From the NCBI GenBank assembly GCA_032718475.1, contig JAUCBJ010007442.1:874-64873 (forward strand): a DNA stretch of 64,000 nucleotides, read 5' to 3'. Below, piece by piece: positions 1 through 15,300 of the stretch. Each line of letters starts with the position of its first letter. Position 1 is the stretch's first letter. The stretch is from Nemertoderma westbladi. Taxonomy: Eukaryota > Animalia > Xenacoelomorpha. The notes below the pieces were generated by a model. That model was not told the DNA's origin and ran no database searches. It saw only the letters and a list, made by a program, of their open reading frames with translations. Position numbers and translations under genes: made by a program.

Positions 1-3000
1 TGACTACTACAATACAAACTGTGCAATAGTCCAGTACACATTGACTACTACAATACAAACTGTGCAATAGTCCAGTACACATTGACTACTACAATACAAA
101 CTGTGCAATAATTCAGTACACATTGACTACTACAATACAAACTGTGCAATAGTCCAGTACACATTGACTACTACAATACAAACTGTGCAATAGTCCAGTA
201 CACATTGACTACTACAATACAAACTGTGCAATAGTCCAGTACACATTGACTACTACAATACAAACTGTGCAATAATTCAGTACACATTGACTACTACAAT
301 ACAAACTGTGCAATATTCAGTACACATTGACTACTACAATACAAACTGTGCAATAGTCCAGTACACATTGACTACTACAATACAAACTGTGCAATAGTTC
401 CAGTACACATTGACTACTACAATACAAACTGTGCAATATTCCAGTACACATTGACTACTACAATACAAACTGTGCAATAGTCCAGTACACATTGACTACT
501 ACAATACAAACTGTGCAATAGTCCAGTACACATTGACTACTACAATACAAACTGTGCAATAGTCCAGTACACATTGACTACTACAATACAAACTGTGCAA
601 TAATTCAGTACACATTGACTACTACAATACAAACTGTGCAATAGTCCAGTACACATTGACTACTACAATACAAACTGTGCAATAGTCCAGTACACATTGA
701 CTACTACAATACAAACTGTGCAATAGTCCAGTACACATTGACTACTACAATACAAACTGTGCAATAATTCAGTACACATTGACTACTACAATACAAACTG
801 TGCAATAGTCCAGTACACATTGACTACTACAATACAAACTGTGCAATAGTCCAGTACACATTGACTACTACAATACAAACTGTGCAATAGTTCAGTACAC
901 ATTGACTACTACAATACAAACTGTGCAATAGTCCAGTACACATTGACTACTACAATACAAACTGTGCAATAGTTCCAGTACACATTGACTACTACAATAC
1001 AAACTGTGCAATAGTCCAGTACACATTGACTACTACAATACAAACTGTGCAATATTCCAGTACACATTGACTACTACAATACAAACTGTGCAATAGTCCA
1101 GTACACATTGACTACTACAATACAAACTGTGCAATAGTCCAGTACACATTGACTACTACAATACAAACTGTGCAATAGTCCAGTACACATTGACTACTAC
1201 AATACAAACTGTGCAATAGTCCAGTACACATTGACTACTACAATACAAACTGTGCAATAGTCCAGTACACATTGACTACTACAATACAAACTGTGCAATA
1301 TTCCAGTACACATTGACTACTACAATACAAACTGTGCAATAGTCCAGTACACATTGACTACTACAATACAAACTGTGCAATAGTCCAGTACACATTGACT
1401 ACTACAATACAAACTGTGCAATAGTCCAGTACACATTGACTACTACAATACAAACTGTGCAATAGTTCAGTACACATTGACTACTACAATACAAACTGTG
1501 CAATAGTCCAGTACACATTGACTACTACAATACAAACTGTGCAATATTCCAGTACACATTGACTACTACAATACAAACTGTGCAATAGTCCAGTACACAT
1601 TGACTACTACAATACAAACTGTGCAATAGTCCAGTACACATTGACTACTACAATACAAACTGTGCAATAGTCCAGTACACATTGACTACTACAATACAAA
1701 CTGTGCAATAGTCCAGTACACATTGACTACTACAATACAAACTGTGCAATAGTCCAGTACACATTGACTACTACAATACAAACTGTGCAATATTCCAGTA
1801 CACATTGACTACTACAATACAAACTGTGCAATAGTCCAGTACACATTGACTACTACAATACAAACTGTGCAATAGTCCAGTACACATTGACTACTACAAT
1901 ACAAACTGTGCAATAATTCAGTACACATTGACTACTACAATACAAACTGTGCAATAGTCCAGTACACATTGACTACTACAATACAAACTGTGCAATAATT
2001 CAGTACACATTGACTACTACAATACAAACTGTGCAATAATTCAGTACACATTGACTACTACAATACAAACTGTGCAATAGTCCAGTACACATTGACTACT
2101 ACAATACAAACTGTGCAATAATTCAGTACACATTGACTACTACAATACAAACTGTGCAATATTCCAGTACACATTGACTACTACAATACAAACTGTGCAA
2201 TATTCCAGTACACATTGACTACTACAATACAAACTGTGCAATATTCCAGTACACATTGACTACTACAATACAAACTGTGCAATATTCCAGTACACATTGA
2301 CTACTACAATACAAACTGTGCAATATTCCAGTACACATTGACTACTACAATACAAACTGTGCAATAATTCAGTACACATTGACTACTACAATACAAACTG
2401 TGCAATAGTCCAGTACACATTGACTACTACAATACAAACTGTGCAATATTCCAGTACACATTGACTACTACAATACAAACTGTGCAATATTCCAGTACAC
2501 ATTGACTACTACAATACAAACTGTGCAATAGTCCAGTACACATTGACTACTACAATACAAACTGTGCAATAATTCAGTACACATTGACTACTACAATACA
2601 AACTGTGCAATATTCCAGTACACATTGACTACTACAATACAAACTGTGCAATATTCCAGTACACATTGACTACTACAATACAAACTGTGCAATAATTCAG
2701 TACACATTGACTACTACAATACAAACTGTGCAATATTCCAGTACACATTGACTACTACAATACAAACTGTGCAATAATTCAGTACACATTGACTACTACA
2801 ATACAAACTGTGCAATATTCCAGTACACATTGACTACTACAATACAAACTGTGCAATATTCCAGTACACATTGACTACTACAATACAAACTGTGCAATAT
2901 TCCAGTACACATTGACTACTACAATACAAACTGTGCAATATTCCAGTACACATTGACTACTACAATACAAACTGTGCAATAGTCCAGTACACATTGACTA

Positions 3001-6000
3001 CTACAATACAAACTGTGCAATATTCCAGTACACATTGACTACTACAATACAAACTGTGCAATATTCCAGTACACATTGACTACTACAATACAAACTGTGC
3101 AATAATTCAGTACACATTGACTACTACAATACAAACTGTGCAATATTCCAGTACACATTGACTACTACAATACAAACTGTGCAATATTCCAGTACACATT
3201 GACTACTACAATACAAACTGTGCAATAATTCAGTACACATTGACTACTACAATACAAACTGTGCAATATTCCAGTACACATTGACTACTACAATACAAAC
3301 TGTGCAATATTCCAGTACACATTGACTACTACAATACAAACTGTGCAATATTCCAGTACACATTGACTACTACAATACAAACTGTGCAATATTCCAGTAC
3401 ACATTGACTACTACAATACAAACTGTGCAATATTCCAGTACACATTGACTACTACAATACAAACTGTGCAATATTCCAGTACACATTGACTACTACAATA
3501 CAAACTGTGCAATATTCCAGTACACATTGACTACTACAATACAAACTGTGCAATATTCCAGTACACATTGACTACTACAATACAAACTGTGCAATATTCC
3601 AGTACACATTGACTACTACAATACAAACTGTGCAATATTCCAGTACACATTGACTACTACAATACAAACTGTGCAATATTCCAGTACACATTGACTACTA
3701 CAATACAAACTGTGCAATATTCCAGTACACATTGACTACTACAATACAAACTGTGCAATATTCCAGTACACATTGACTACTACAATACAAACTGTGCAAT
3801 ATTCCAGTACACATTGACTACTACAATACAAACTGTGCAATATTCCAGTACACATTGACTACTACAATACAAACTGTGCAATATTCCAGTACACATTGAC
3901 TACTACAATACAAACTGTGCAATATTCCAGTACACATTGACTACTACAATACAAACTGTGCAATATTCAGTACACATTGACTACTACAATACAAACTGTG
4001 CAATATTCCAGTACACATTGACTACTACAATACAAACTGTGCAATATTCCAGTACACATTGACTACTACAATACAAACTGTGCAATATTCCAGTACACAT
4101 TGACTACTACAATACAAACTGTGCAATATTCCAGTACACATTGACTACTACAATACAAACTGTGCAATATTCCAGTACACATTGACTACTACAATACAAA
4201 CTGTGCAATATTCCAGTACACATTGACTACTACAATACAAACTGTGCAATATTCCAGTACACATTGACTACTACAATACAAACTGTGCAATATTCCAGTA
4301 CACATTGACTACTACAATACAAACTGTGCAATATTCCAGTACACATTGACTACTACAATACAAACTGTGCAATATTCCAGTACACATTGACTACTACAAT
4401 ACAAACTGTGCAATATTCCAGTACACATTGACTACTACAATACAAACTGTGCAATATTCCAGTACACATTGACTACTACAATACAAACTGTGCAATAGTC
4501 CAGTACACATTGACTACTACAATACAAACTGTGCAATAGTCCAGTACACATTGACTACTACAATACAAACTGTGCAATAATTCAGTACACATTGACTACT
4601 ACAATACAAACTGTGCAATATTCCAGTACACATTGACTACTACAATACAAACTGTGCAATATTCCAGTACACATTGACTACTACAATACAAACTGTGCAA
4701 TAATTCAGTACACATTGACTACTACAATACAAACTGTGCAATATTCCAGTACACATTGACTACTACAATACAAACTGTGCAATATTCCAGTACACATTGA
4801 CTACTACAATACAAACTGTGCAATAGTCCAGTACACATTGACTACTACAATACAAACTGTGCAATATTCCAGTACACATTGACTACTACAATACAAACTG
4901 TGCAATAATTCAGTACACATTGACTACTACAATACAAACTGTGCAATAATTCAGTACACATTGACTACTACAATACAAACTGTGCAATAATTCAGTACAC
5001 ATTGACTACTACAATACAAACTGTGCAATAGTCCAGTACACATTGACTACTACAATACAAACTGTGCAATATTCCAGTACACATTGACTACTACAATACA
5101 AACTGTGCAATAATTCAGTACACATTGACTACTACAATACAAACTGTGCAATAGTCCAGTACACATTGACTACTACAATACAAACTGTGCAATAATTCAG
5201 TACACATTGACTACTACAATACAAACTGTGCAATAGTCCAGTACACATTGACTACTACAATACAAACTGTGCAATAGTCCAGTACACATTGACTACTACA
5301 ATACAAACTGTGCAATAGTCCAGTACACATTGACTACTACAATACAAACTGTGCAATATTCCAGTACACATTGACTACTACAATACAAACTGTGCAATAA
5401 TTCAGTACACATTGACTACTACAATACAAACTGTGCAATAGTCCAGTACACATTGACTACTACAATACAAACTGTGCAATAATTCAGTACACATTGACTA
5501 CTACAATACAAACTGTGCAATAGTCCAGTACACATTGACTACTACAATACAAACTGTGCAATAATTCAGTACACATTGACTACTACAATACAAACTGTGC
5601 AATAGTCCAGTACACATTGACTACTACAATACAAACTGTGCAATAATTCAGTACACATTGACTACTACAATACAAACTGTGCAATAGTCCAGTACACATT
5701 GACTACTACAATACAAACTGTGCAATAATCCAGTACACATTGACTACTACAATACAAACTGTGCAATAGTCCAGTACACATTGACTACTACAATACAAAC
5801 TGTGCAATAATTCAGTACACATTGACTACTACAATACAAACTGTGCAATAATTCAGTACACATTGACTACTACAATACAAACTGTGCAATAGTCCAGTAC
5901 ACATTGACTACTACAATACAAACTGTGCAATAGTCCAGTACACATTGACTACTACAATACAAACTGTGCAATAGTTCAGTACACATTGACTACTACAATA

Positions 6001-8606
6001 CAAACTGTGCAATATTCCAGTACACATTGACTACTACAATACAAACTGTGCAATAATTCAGTACACATTGACTACTACAATACAAACTGTGCAATATTCC
6101 AGTACACATTGACTACTACAATACAAACTGTGCAATAATTCAGTACACATTGACTACTACAATACAAACTGTGCAATATTCCAGTACACATTGACTACTA
6201 CAATACAAACTGTGCAATAATTCAGTACACATTGACTACTACAATACAAACTGTGCAATAATTCAGTACACATTGACTACTACAATACAAACTGTGCAAT
6301 AATTCAGTACACATTGACTACTACAATACAAACTGTGCAATAGTCCAGTACACATTGACTACTACAATACAAACTGTGCAATAGTCCAGTACACATTGAC
6401 TACTACAATACAAACTGTGCAATAATTCAGTACACATTGACTACTACAATACAAACTGTGCAATAATTCAGTACACATTGACTACTACAATACAAACTGT
6501 GCAATAGTCCAGTACACATTGACTACTACAATACAAACTGTGCAATAGTCCAGTACACATTGACTACTACAATACAAACTGTGCAATAATTCAGTACACA
6601 TTGACTACTACAATACAAACTGTGCAATAGTCCAGTACACATTGACTACTACAATACAAACTGTGCAATAGTCCAGTACACATTGACTACTACAATACAA
6701 ACTGTGCAATAGTCCAGTACACATTGACTACTACAATACAAACTGTGCAATAATTCAGTACACATTGACTACTACAATACAAACTGTGCAATAGTCCAGT
6801 ACACATTGACTACTACAATACAAACTGTGCAATATTCCAGTACACATTGACTACTACAATACAAACTGTGCAATAATTCAGTACACATTGACTACTACAA
6901 TACAAACTGTGCAATATTCCAGTACACATTGACTACTACAATACAAACTGTGCAATAATTCAGTACACATTGACTACTACAATACAAACTGTGCAATAAT
7001 TCAGTACACATTGACTACTACAATACAAACTGTGCAATAATTCAGTACACATTGACTACTACAATACAAACTGTGCAATAATTCAGTACACATTGACTAC
7101 TACAATACAAACTGTGCAATAATTCAGTACACATTGACTACTACAATACAAACTGTGCAATATTCCAGTACACATTGACTACTACAATACAAACTGTGCA
7201 ATAATTCAGTACACATTGACTACTACAATACAAACTGTGCAATAGTCCAGTACACATTGACTACTACAATACAAACTGTGCAATAGTTCAGTACACATTG
7301 ACTACTACAATACAAACTGTGCAATAGTTCAGTACACATTGACTACTACAATACAAACTGTGCAATATTCCAGTACACATTGACTACTACAATACAAACT
7401 GTGCAATAGTTCAGTACACATTGACTACTACAATACAAACTGTGCAATATTCCAGTACACATTGACTACTACAATACAAACTGTGCAATATTCCAGTACA
7501 CATTGACTACTACAATACAAACTGTGCAATAATTCAGTACACATTGACTACTACAATACAAACTGTGCAATAGTCCAGTACACATTGACTACTACAATAC
7601 AAACTGTGCAATAGTTCAGTACACATTGACTACTACAATACAAACTGTGCAATAGTTCAGTACACATTGACTACTACAATACAAACTGTGCAATATTCCA
7701 GTACACATTGACTACTACAATACAAACTGTGCAATAGTTCAGTACACATTGACTACTACAATACAAACTGTGCAATATTCCAGTACACATTGACTACTAC
7801 AATACAAACTGTGCAATATTCCAGTACACATTGACTACTACAATACAAACTGTGCAATAGTTCAGTACACATTGACTACTACAATACAAACTGTGCAATA
7901 TTCCAGTACACATTGACTACTACAATACAAACTGTGCAATATTCCAGTACACATTGACTACTACAATACAAACTGTGCAATAATTCAGTACACATTGACT
8001 ACTACAATACAAACTGTGCAATAGTCCAGTACACATTGACTACTACAATACAAACTGTGCAATAGTTCAGTACACATTGACTACTACAATACAAACTGTG
8101 CAATAGTTCAGTACACATTGACTACTACAATACAAACTGTGCAATATTCCAGTACACATTGACTACTACAATACAAACTGTGCAATAGTTCAGTACACAT
8201 TGACTACTACAATACAAACTGTGCAATATTCCAGTACACATTGACTACTACAATACAAACTGTGCAATATTCCAGTACACATTGACTACTACAATACAAA
8301 CTGTGCAATAGTTCAGTACACATTGACTACTACAATACAAACTGTGCAATATTCCAGTACACATTGACTACTACAATACAAACTGTGCAATATTCCAGTA
8401 CACATTGACTACTACAATACAAACTGTGCAATATTCCAGTACACATTGACTACTACAATACAAACTGTGCAATAGTCCAGTACACATTGACTACTACAAT
8501 ACAAACTGTGCAATAGTCCAGTACACATTGACTACTACAATACAAACTGTGCAATAATTCAGTACACATTGACTACTACAATACAAACTGTGCAATAATT
8601 CAGTAC
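1..8606. repeat. 41-bp tandem satellite, ~210 copies, runs off the left edge
   Basis: Unit TGACTACTACAATACAAACTGTGCAATA[GTC/ATT/TTC/GTT]CAGTACACAT; the second copy starts at 42; the array ends abruptly at ...cagtac|cattcg. Confidence 0.99.
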
Positions 8607-9973
8607 CATTCGCTATAGTAAAGACCCATTCCTGCTCTTCAAAAGACTATGGTTTAATCACTTATTATGAAATTTAAATTATTAAAATTCCAAATGAATT
8701 TCAATCGCCTTTTGCGAATTTGTTCCATTCTGATAGACAGATTAAACCAGTACGGTAAATCCATTGTATTTCGGCTTAAATGTTGCTGTATCATGTGCCA
8801 CGATGACCATAGGATAATCCTAGTCTAAAGATATTAAAACGTTTAACCTATAAATCTGTTTAAAAACGTGTCCCTTGAGTAGAGATATCAAGAGAGTAGA
8901 GTAGGTACAGCTTCAGCATAACAATAATCCCGTCATTACCAATTATACCTTGAAAGTATAGCAGCAAAGTCTTTGCTAAAAAAAATCAAGGATCACAGGT
9001 GTGTGTACTTACTTACAAGAGCTCATAAAAATGTGATATAAACGCACTAACTCTGGAAAGTAAGTAATGTGACTCATCTGCTATTTAATTGTTCTTGAAT
9101 TGCAAATAAGTAACGCGATAGAAAACCATGAATGAATTACCATAAATCGTGTCACTATAATGAGTGTGCTGAATGAGGCTTTGCAAATTGTGATCATCAT
9201 CTGGTTTCAGACGATACACACACAATGATGGCTGGGCCTATCTATACATATCAAATGTTGGTGTTGGTGTAATAAATGTAAAAAGTGATGTAAAGTAAGT
9301 TACTTAAGGTATTTTTATTCGTTTGCCAGACAACATAACTTTTTAGTCATGATGGTTTTTTCTAGATTACAATAACAACGTCAACTGCAGTTTAGCATTT
9401 CAATAAACAACTTAAAAATTATATTATTAATATCTGCAATATTCTTACTTTATTGTAATATACTTACTTAATTACATATTTCATTTTATACTTCACTTTA
9501 TTATAAATTAACTATGGAAATCTCTGTAATTTTGACATACAACTTGTTAACTTACTGTTACTTAATTTACACTCGGCAGTCATTTAATGTGTTACCTCTA
9601 CTTTGCAAGTTGTAATTTTTACCGAACAGCCAAAGATTACGAGTTTAAACTGTTCGTTATATAATCCAAAAGTTATGCGAATCCGAATTCTTACATGGTA
9701 GCAGTGTAATGGTTTATGGTCAAATGTTCGACACTGCCAATGGTGCCACAGAGTCAACACTTCCACAACTAGGTTAAAGCATACAAAAAAATTGGTCAAA
9801 AAATTGTTAGCCGTTATCCTCTCCAATCCATCAGCAATCCCAATATACAGAGCAGACTGAAATTAACACAACCAAATTAAGCGGTCCAACTTGTTACAGA
9901 TATTATTGCCCATTATTAATGTGCTATTATTTAGATATTTTAATTTAGATATTTTAATATTTATAATCTAGAT

Positions 9974-10814
9974 CACTTCAAGAACGCAGAAGTAGTAGAT
10001 ATCCGGCAACTACAGTCACAGACACCGACTTTGGGGATGACATCGCCCTGCTCTCTAATACGCTACCAGATGCACAGCTTCTACTAAATAAAGTGGAGAG
10101 GGCTGCTAAGGAGGTTGGATTGCATATCAATGCTACAAAGACCGAATTCACGACCTTTAATGTTGATCAATCTTCTTGATCTTCTTGTTGATCATCTTGA
10201 CAACCATTGATAATAATCAACTAAGGAAGGTAAATAACTTCCAGTACATTGGATCATGGATAGAGAGTAGCAAAAAGGACATAGAAGTTAGGAAAGCAAA
10301 GGGTTGGGTAGCTCTATCAAAAATGGATACCATCTGGAAATCAGATCTCTCCAGGCACCTGAAGACTAAGTTCTTTCGAGCCACAGTGGAAAGTGTATTT
10401 TTATACGGGGGTGAGACCTGGACACTGACTAAATCACTTGAACATTGCATGAATTGAATGATTGGTGGTTGCTACACAAGACTACTAAGGGCAGCCCTAA
10501 ACATCAGCTGGAGACAACACATGACAAACGCCGAGCTTTATGGTACAATACCACCTGTATCAACCACCCTCCGTGAACGCAGATTAAGATTCACTGGGCA
10601 CTGCTGGCGAAGTAAAGACGAGGTCATACCAGATCTACTTATCTGGCAACCAACTCATGGAAAGCGTAGTCGTGGACGACCGGCCATAACATATATAGAT
10701 CAACTTGAAAGGGATACTGAACTTGGGAGAAACTAAATTGGGACAACTATGGAGAATCGGGAAGCCTGGAAGGATCTCATTTCCACTGTCCGAGTTCGCT
10801 CGACCTAGTAGTAG
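9974..10814 (+). mobile_element. 5'-truncated RTE-like non-LTR retrotransposon (RT C-terminal part, decayed)
   Basis: Translation gives TDFGDDIALL...FQYIGSWI...RLRFTGHCWR. (TAG)n tail; 12-bp TSD TATAATCTAGAT at 9962-9973 and 10815-10826. Near-identical to the reverse complement of 58490-59285. Confidence 0.93.
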
Positions 10815-10826
10815 TATAATCTAGAT

Positions 10827-12050
10827 TGAAGATGTGTAAAGATTTTTTGATATTGTGGGGTTCCAGAATTAATCTAAAGCAGTTTGTTTTTATGAGCATG
10901 TTAACGGCATCGATACACAAGAATCTGCTTTGAGTGCAACAATACAAACCAATTATTACAAAGATAACCATAAGCAACAACAAAGAAATACACATATTCA
11001 AATGAATTATGTAAATCGTTTTCTGCCGCAGTTTCTTTTGAAATCCTACTAATGTAATAAATATGGTCAATCTGATGATAAATAGTATAGAATAATAATG
11101 GTATAATATAGTATAATAATAATGGTATAATATAGTATAATAATAATGGATAGTATTATTTGTTTAAACTGTATCATGTCCAGGTGCACTGGAAGACTTA
11201 GTAATATAACGCTGTATGTATGGTGAATGTATAATGGTGTTGTTAAATTAAATACATGCGTGGTTGAGTTCTTCACAACACAAGTCCCTCACCAAAATCT
11301 GATTGTTGATAAATCCCATTCCCAGTGACCATTGAGGATTAGTATAATTTCCTTCTGGATCCTTCTGGTGGTGAAAAGTAAATCTTAAATAAACTGAGTG
11401 AAGTATCAACATTTCTCAGTTTTATAGACAATACAGGATAATTAATGACATAGTTAGTGTTAGTAGTAGCCTTATTAGCAATATAAACTTTCATGATGGT
11501 AAATAAATTTGAAGAAACATAATGAAACCAAATATAGCCTCAGATGAAATTGTTTCAGGAAATTCTCCAGCAGAGATAATTACTTTTACTTTCTTATAAT
11601 TATTTATATTTTTGTAATTCATCATATATATTTATTGCATAGAATCGAAAAAATGTTACCATTTGAATTGCAGGGTAATCGGCTATGGTGGTAACTTCTG
11701 TTTCTCGACATCATTTTTTGTTGAACAGAAACAAGTACTGATATTAATATAGGAAACTTTCCATCATAAGAACAGATCCTTATTGCGCCTTTGCTTTCGT
11801 TTCTTCTGCAATGATGTTCAGATGTTACGACTTCTGAGTTTACATTAGAAATAATTATCTTGTAACTTATAATAATTTACATCAAGCATGGTTAATATTA
11901 ATTTAGTCCTGCAGATATCCTGCCGCTTCTTCACTGCACATTGCATAGGATTATATGTATATATAATTTCTATGATTTTATTAGTATGTAATATCCAACT
12001 GGCAGATTCAGTGTCAACACATCGAAAAATGATCAACACATCGCACGGAA
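10827..12050 (-). pseudogene. Decayed, internally deleted paralog of the adjacent adhesion GPCR
   Basis: Fragments match the intact gene: RKVKVIISAGEFPETISSEAIFGFIM (~11520-11600) vs RKVKVSIPHGAFPETMTTGAIIGLIM; KKLRQKTIYIIHLNMCISLLL vs KKLLQKTNNKIHLNLCISLLL; GAIRICSYDGK vs CAIRTCIDGR. Many stops and frameshifts; ends approximate. Confidence 0.8.
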
Positions 12051-12352
12051 TTTAGCGCCACATCAATACTTTGTAAAACCATATCAACACTTAGAAATTA
12101 ATGAAATTAAAGGGAAAGTAAAACCAACGTTTTTATACATTTTTTTCCCCATTTAATTATATTGTATAGAGTCCTTGTAAGAGGTGTGCCGCATTAAAGT
12201 TCCATATAATATATTTAGACATGTAAGCTGAATTAAATCGGCTATATTCTTCCAGTAAATATTAATATTACTTAAAAGCTTGCAATTAGATAACATATTA
12301 TTTTTATGTGATTGATTATATAATATTGTACCACATAACCTGAATGCTTGAT

Positions 12353-15300
12353 TTATACTTCCTTTTCACCAACAAGTAACTTATAGTCTAATAATTCCTT
12401 GGTTTCCTCGCCATTATCCTTTGATACCACTGAGGAATTTTTATTTGTTGCTGTTGCATTAGTATAAGATGAGCCTCTCTTCTGGCTGCTGAATAACACA
12501 GTTTGTGTTGCAGATGAACGTCTGCGTGAAAGCGTAGTAAATAAATGTTCACTTTCTAATTTAAATAAAGATCGCCATGTCTTTTGAATTTCCTTATCCT
12601 TGCTTAGAAGACAATGGAAGGTAAATAGAAAGAAGCCCTGTGTGCTATTGAGAATGATAAATATATATGAAGCAATAAGATGCCCCGGACCAATTTGAAG
12701 AAATCCCAGAATCCAGGTGATTCCTAATATAACCATCAGAGAAACGGTGCTTTTGAATTTGACTAAAATAGTTACCTTGTCTTTACTCCTTGTTATTTCG
12801 CTTCTGTCATAACAAAAAAGAACCCTCATAACAAAAGCAAAAACAACAGTGTTTGCAATGATAGCTAAACCAATAGGAGCCACTAATGACCAATAATAGG
12901 TTGATCCAACAACCCAACAAATGCTTCCTTTTCCAATCCCAACCAGCTTATAATTACCAACATCAACAGAAACAGCAATTATACAAATAAGTGCTGGAAT
13001 ACCCCAGGCAACGGCTGTTGATTTCCATATGGAGTTTGATGATGGTTGCTCCAAAGACTGTACTACGCAAATATTATATAATTTGAGAGCATCCACAAAC
13101 ATCCAACACCAAGTAACTAAGAGAAAGTAATGGCTGAGAACTCCAAGTGTACTGCATAAATATGCATTGACATGAGCAAGGATTCCACTCAACAGAAACA
13201 TGATCAGAAACAACAGCAAGGAGATACACAAATTCAAATGAATTTTATTATTTGTCTTTTGCAACAGTTTCTTATGCTTTCTAAATATGCAAATAAATAG
13301 AGTCAATCCTATAATAGACAATGTTGTTCCAATAATAGATAATATTTGTTGAGCTTTATCATGTTCAGGGGAAATATATGATTGAGAAAGATAATTGTGC
13401 ACATCCAAAAGTAGAGCAAAATTTGTAAGATGGGTGCATTCACACTCGGTGTAATTATAATGGGTTTCTTTCACCGAACAACCCTCTGTTGACCACATAT
13501 CAATTGATGAGTTCCAAAAGGCGCATTTCATAAGAAGGTCTGATTTGGTGGAATCGTGTTGATGCTGCAATGTGAATGTTATTGGATTTGATTTGGAAAT
13601 GGAAAGTTCAATCTCAAGATTTACTTTGATAGACAATATTGCAGAAGTTACATTATCAGAATTATTATTGTTAGTACCAAAGAAGGCAGCTGAATCATAC
13701 ATAATTAAGCCTATTATGGCACCAGTTGTCATGGTTTCAGGAAACGCCCCATGTGGAATACTTACTTTAACTTTCCTGGTATCTTTTGTGTATTTGTTGT
13801 TCTTAATTTCATCTAAAACAAATCCATTTTTCTTCAATTCATGGGATGTTAATTTATATCTTGCTAATATTATATTATCTGTAAACACTGTTTGATTTGT
13901 ACGATTTGGTATATCTAGAATAGATAAATCTTCTAGAGATTTCACCACTTCTTGAATTAGGCTTATGTTTATAGACTTAGCTTTATCAACAAGAATACTG
14001 GATATATTAATAATGCCTTCAATAACCTTGGGATCTGATGAAGCTTGGATTGTTAATTTCTTTACCATTTTGGCAGCTTTTTCTATTACTGTTTTATTGT
14101 TTGTACTTGCTGCTTCACTTATAGTAACATTAGCTATTTTAACTGCATTGCCAGAGTTGATAATAATATCAGTGTCTATGCCACAACCAATATCAATTAC
14201 ATCTTCCCATTTGGTAGATTCACTGCATCGTCTAGTGACGGTTATAGAGTCATTAAAAGCACATTTTGTCGAGCTTACATCACCGCTTGTGGTTTTAGAC
14301 CAAAGATAACCACCACTCTGCTCTGGGGAACAATAACAATTAGTAATGTTTGGAGAATCCCACCCCCATGTCATATTATGTATTCCACAGTTTCGATAAA
14401 CTTTACCACCTGAATTGCCTCCATTTGCATTGCATGGTAACTCGGCTGTGGTATTAACTTCTGTTTCTTGCCACTTATAATTATATTGATCAATCTCAAA
14501 TGGGCAGGAACAAGTCTTTAAACCCAACCAACGTCCATCAATACATGTCCGTATAGCGCACATATAATGTTTTGATGTGCACAATTGAGATATATAAGCT
14601 TCCGAGCTTGCAGTATTCCACATAAAGTTGCCATTGCAAACCTCTCGGGAAGCATCTTGATTAGAACATATCTTACTGATATATAGATATGTCTCAATAT
14701 TACTAATTATTTGTTCCTTTAATATCCATTCACAATCAGAATTTTGATCATAGCGAGATGTCAAATTTAAATCACAAACATCTATATAGTTTGCGTTATT
14801 GTTTATACTTACAATAAGTAAGTCAAGTGATGGTAATTTAACAGTAGACTTGATGACAGTGTTAATGTCAGCCCCATTCAGTGAATTACCTTGTAGTTTT
14901 AGTGTCTTTAATTTTCTCAGTTTTACTGGAATGCTGATGTTTCTTAATCTATTGTAACTGAGGTCGAGTGTCTCTATATTTGGGAACTTTTGTAGGTTAA
15001 CTTTTTTTAAGGATTTAAACTTGTTTTGTTGAAGTTGAAGATGTTTCAATGAGTTAAATTGATTGGTGGAATCTTCGACCATAGTAATTTCATTGTTGCC
15101 GAGATTCAAGTCTACCAGATTGGTAAGTGCATCAAAGGCATTTGGAAGAACCTCTTTCCAATAACAATGGCTTAGGTTTAATTCCAGGAGCTGAGTAAAT
15201 GTTTCAAAATCATTTTCAAACAAAGGGGATTTCTTATCTGCGAATGCATTGCCTAGTGAAATTGTGAGATTCGTTACAGAGGGTGATATCATGATAGTTG

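Noticed and set aside
1-8606. CRISPR-like array
   Set aside because: Head-to-tail monomers with no unique spacers, no cas genes, and a eukaryotic context.
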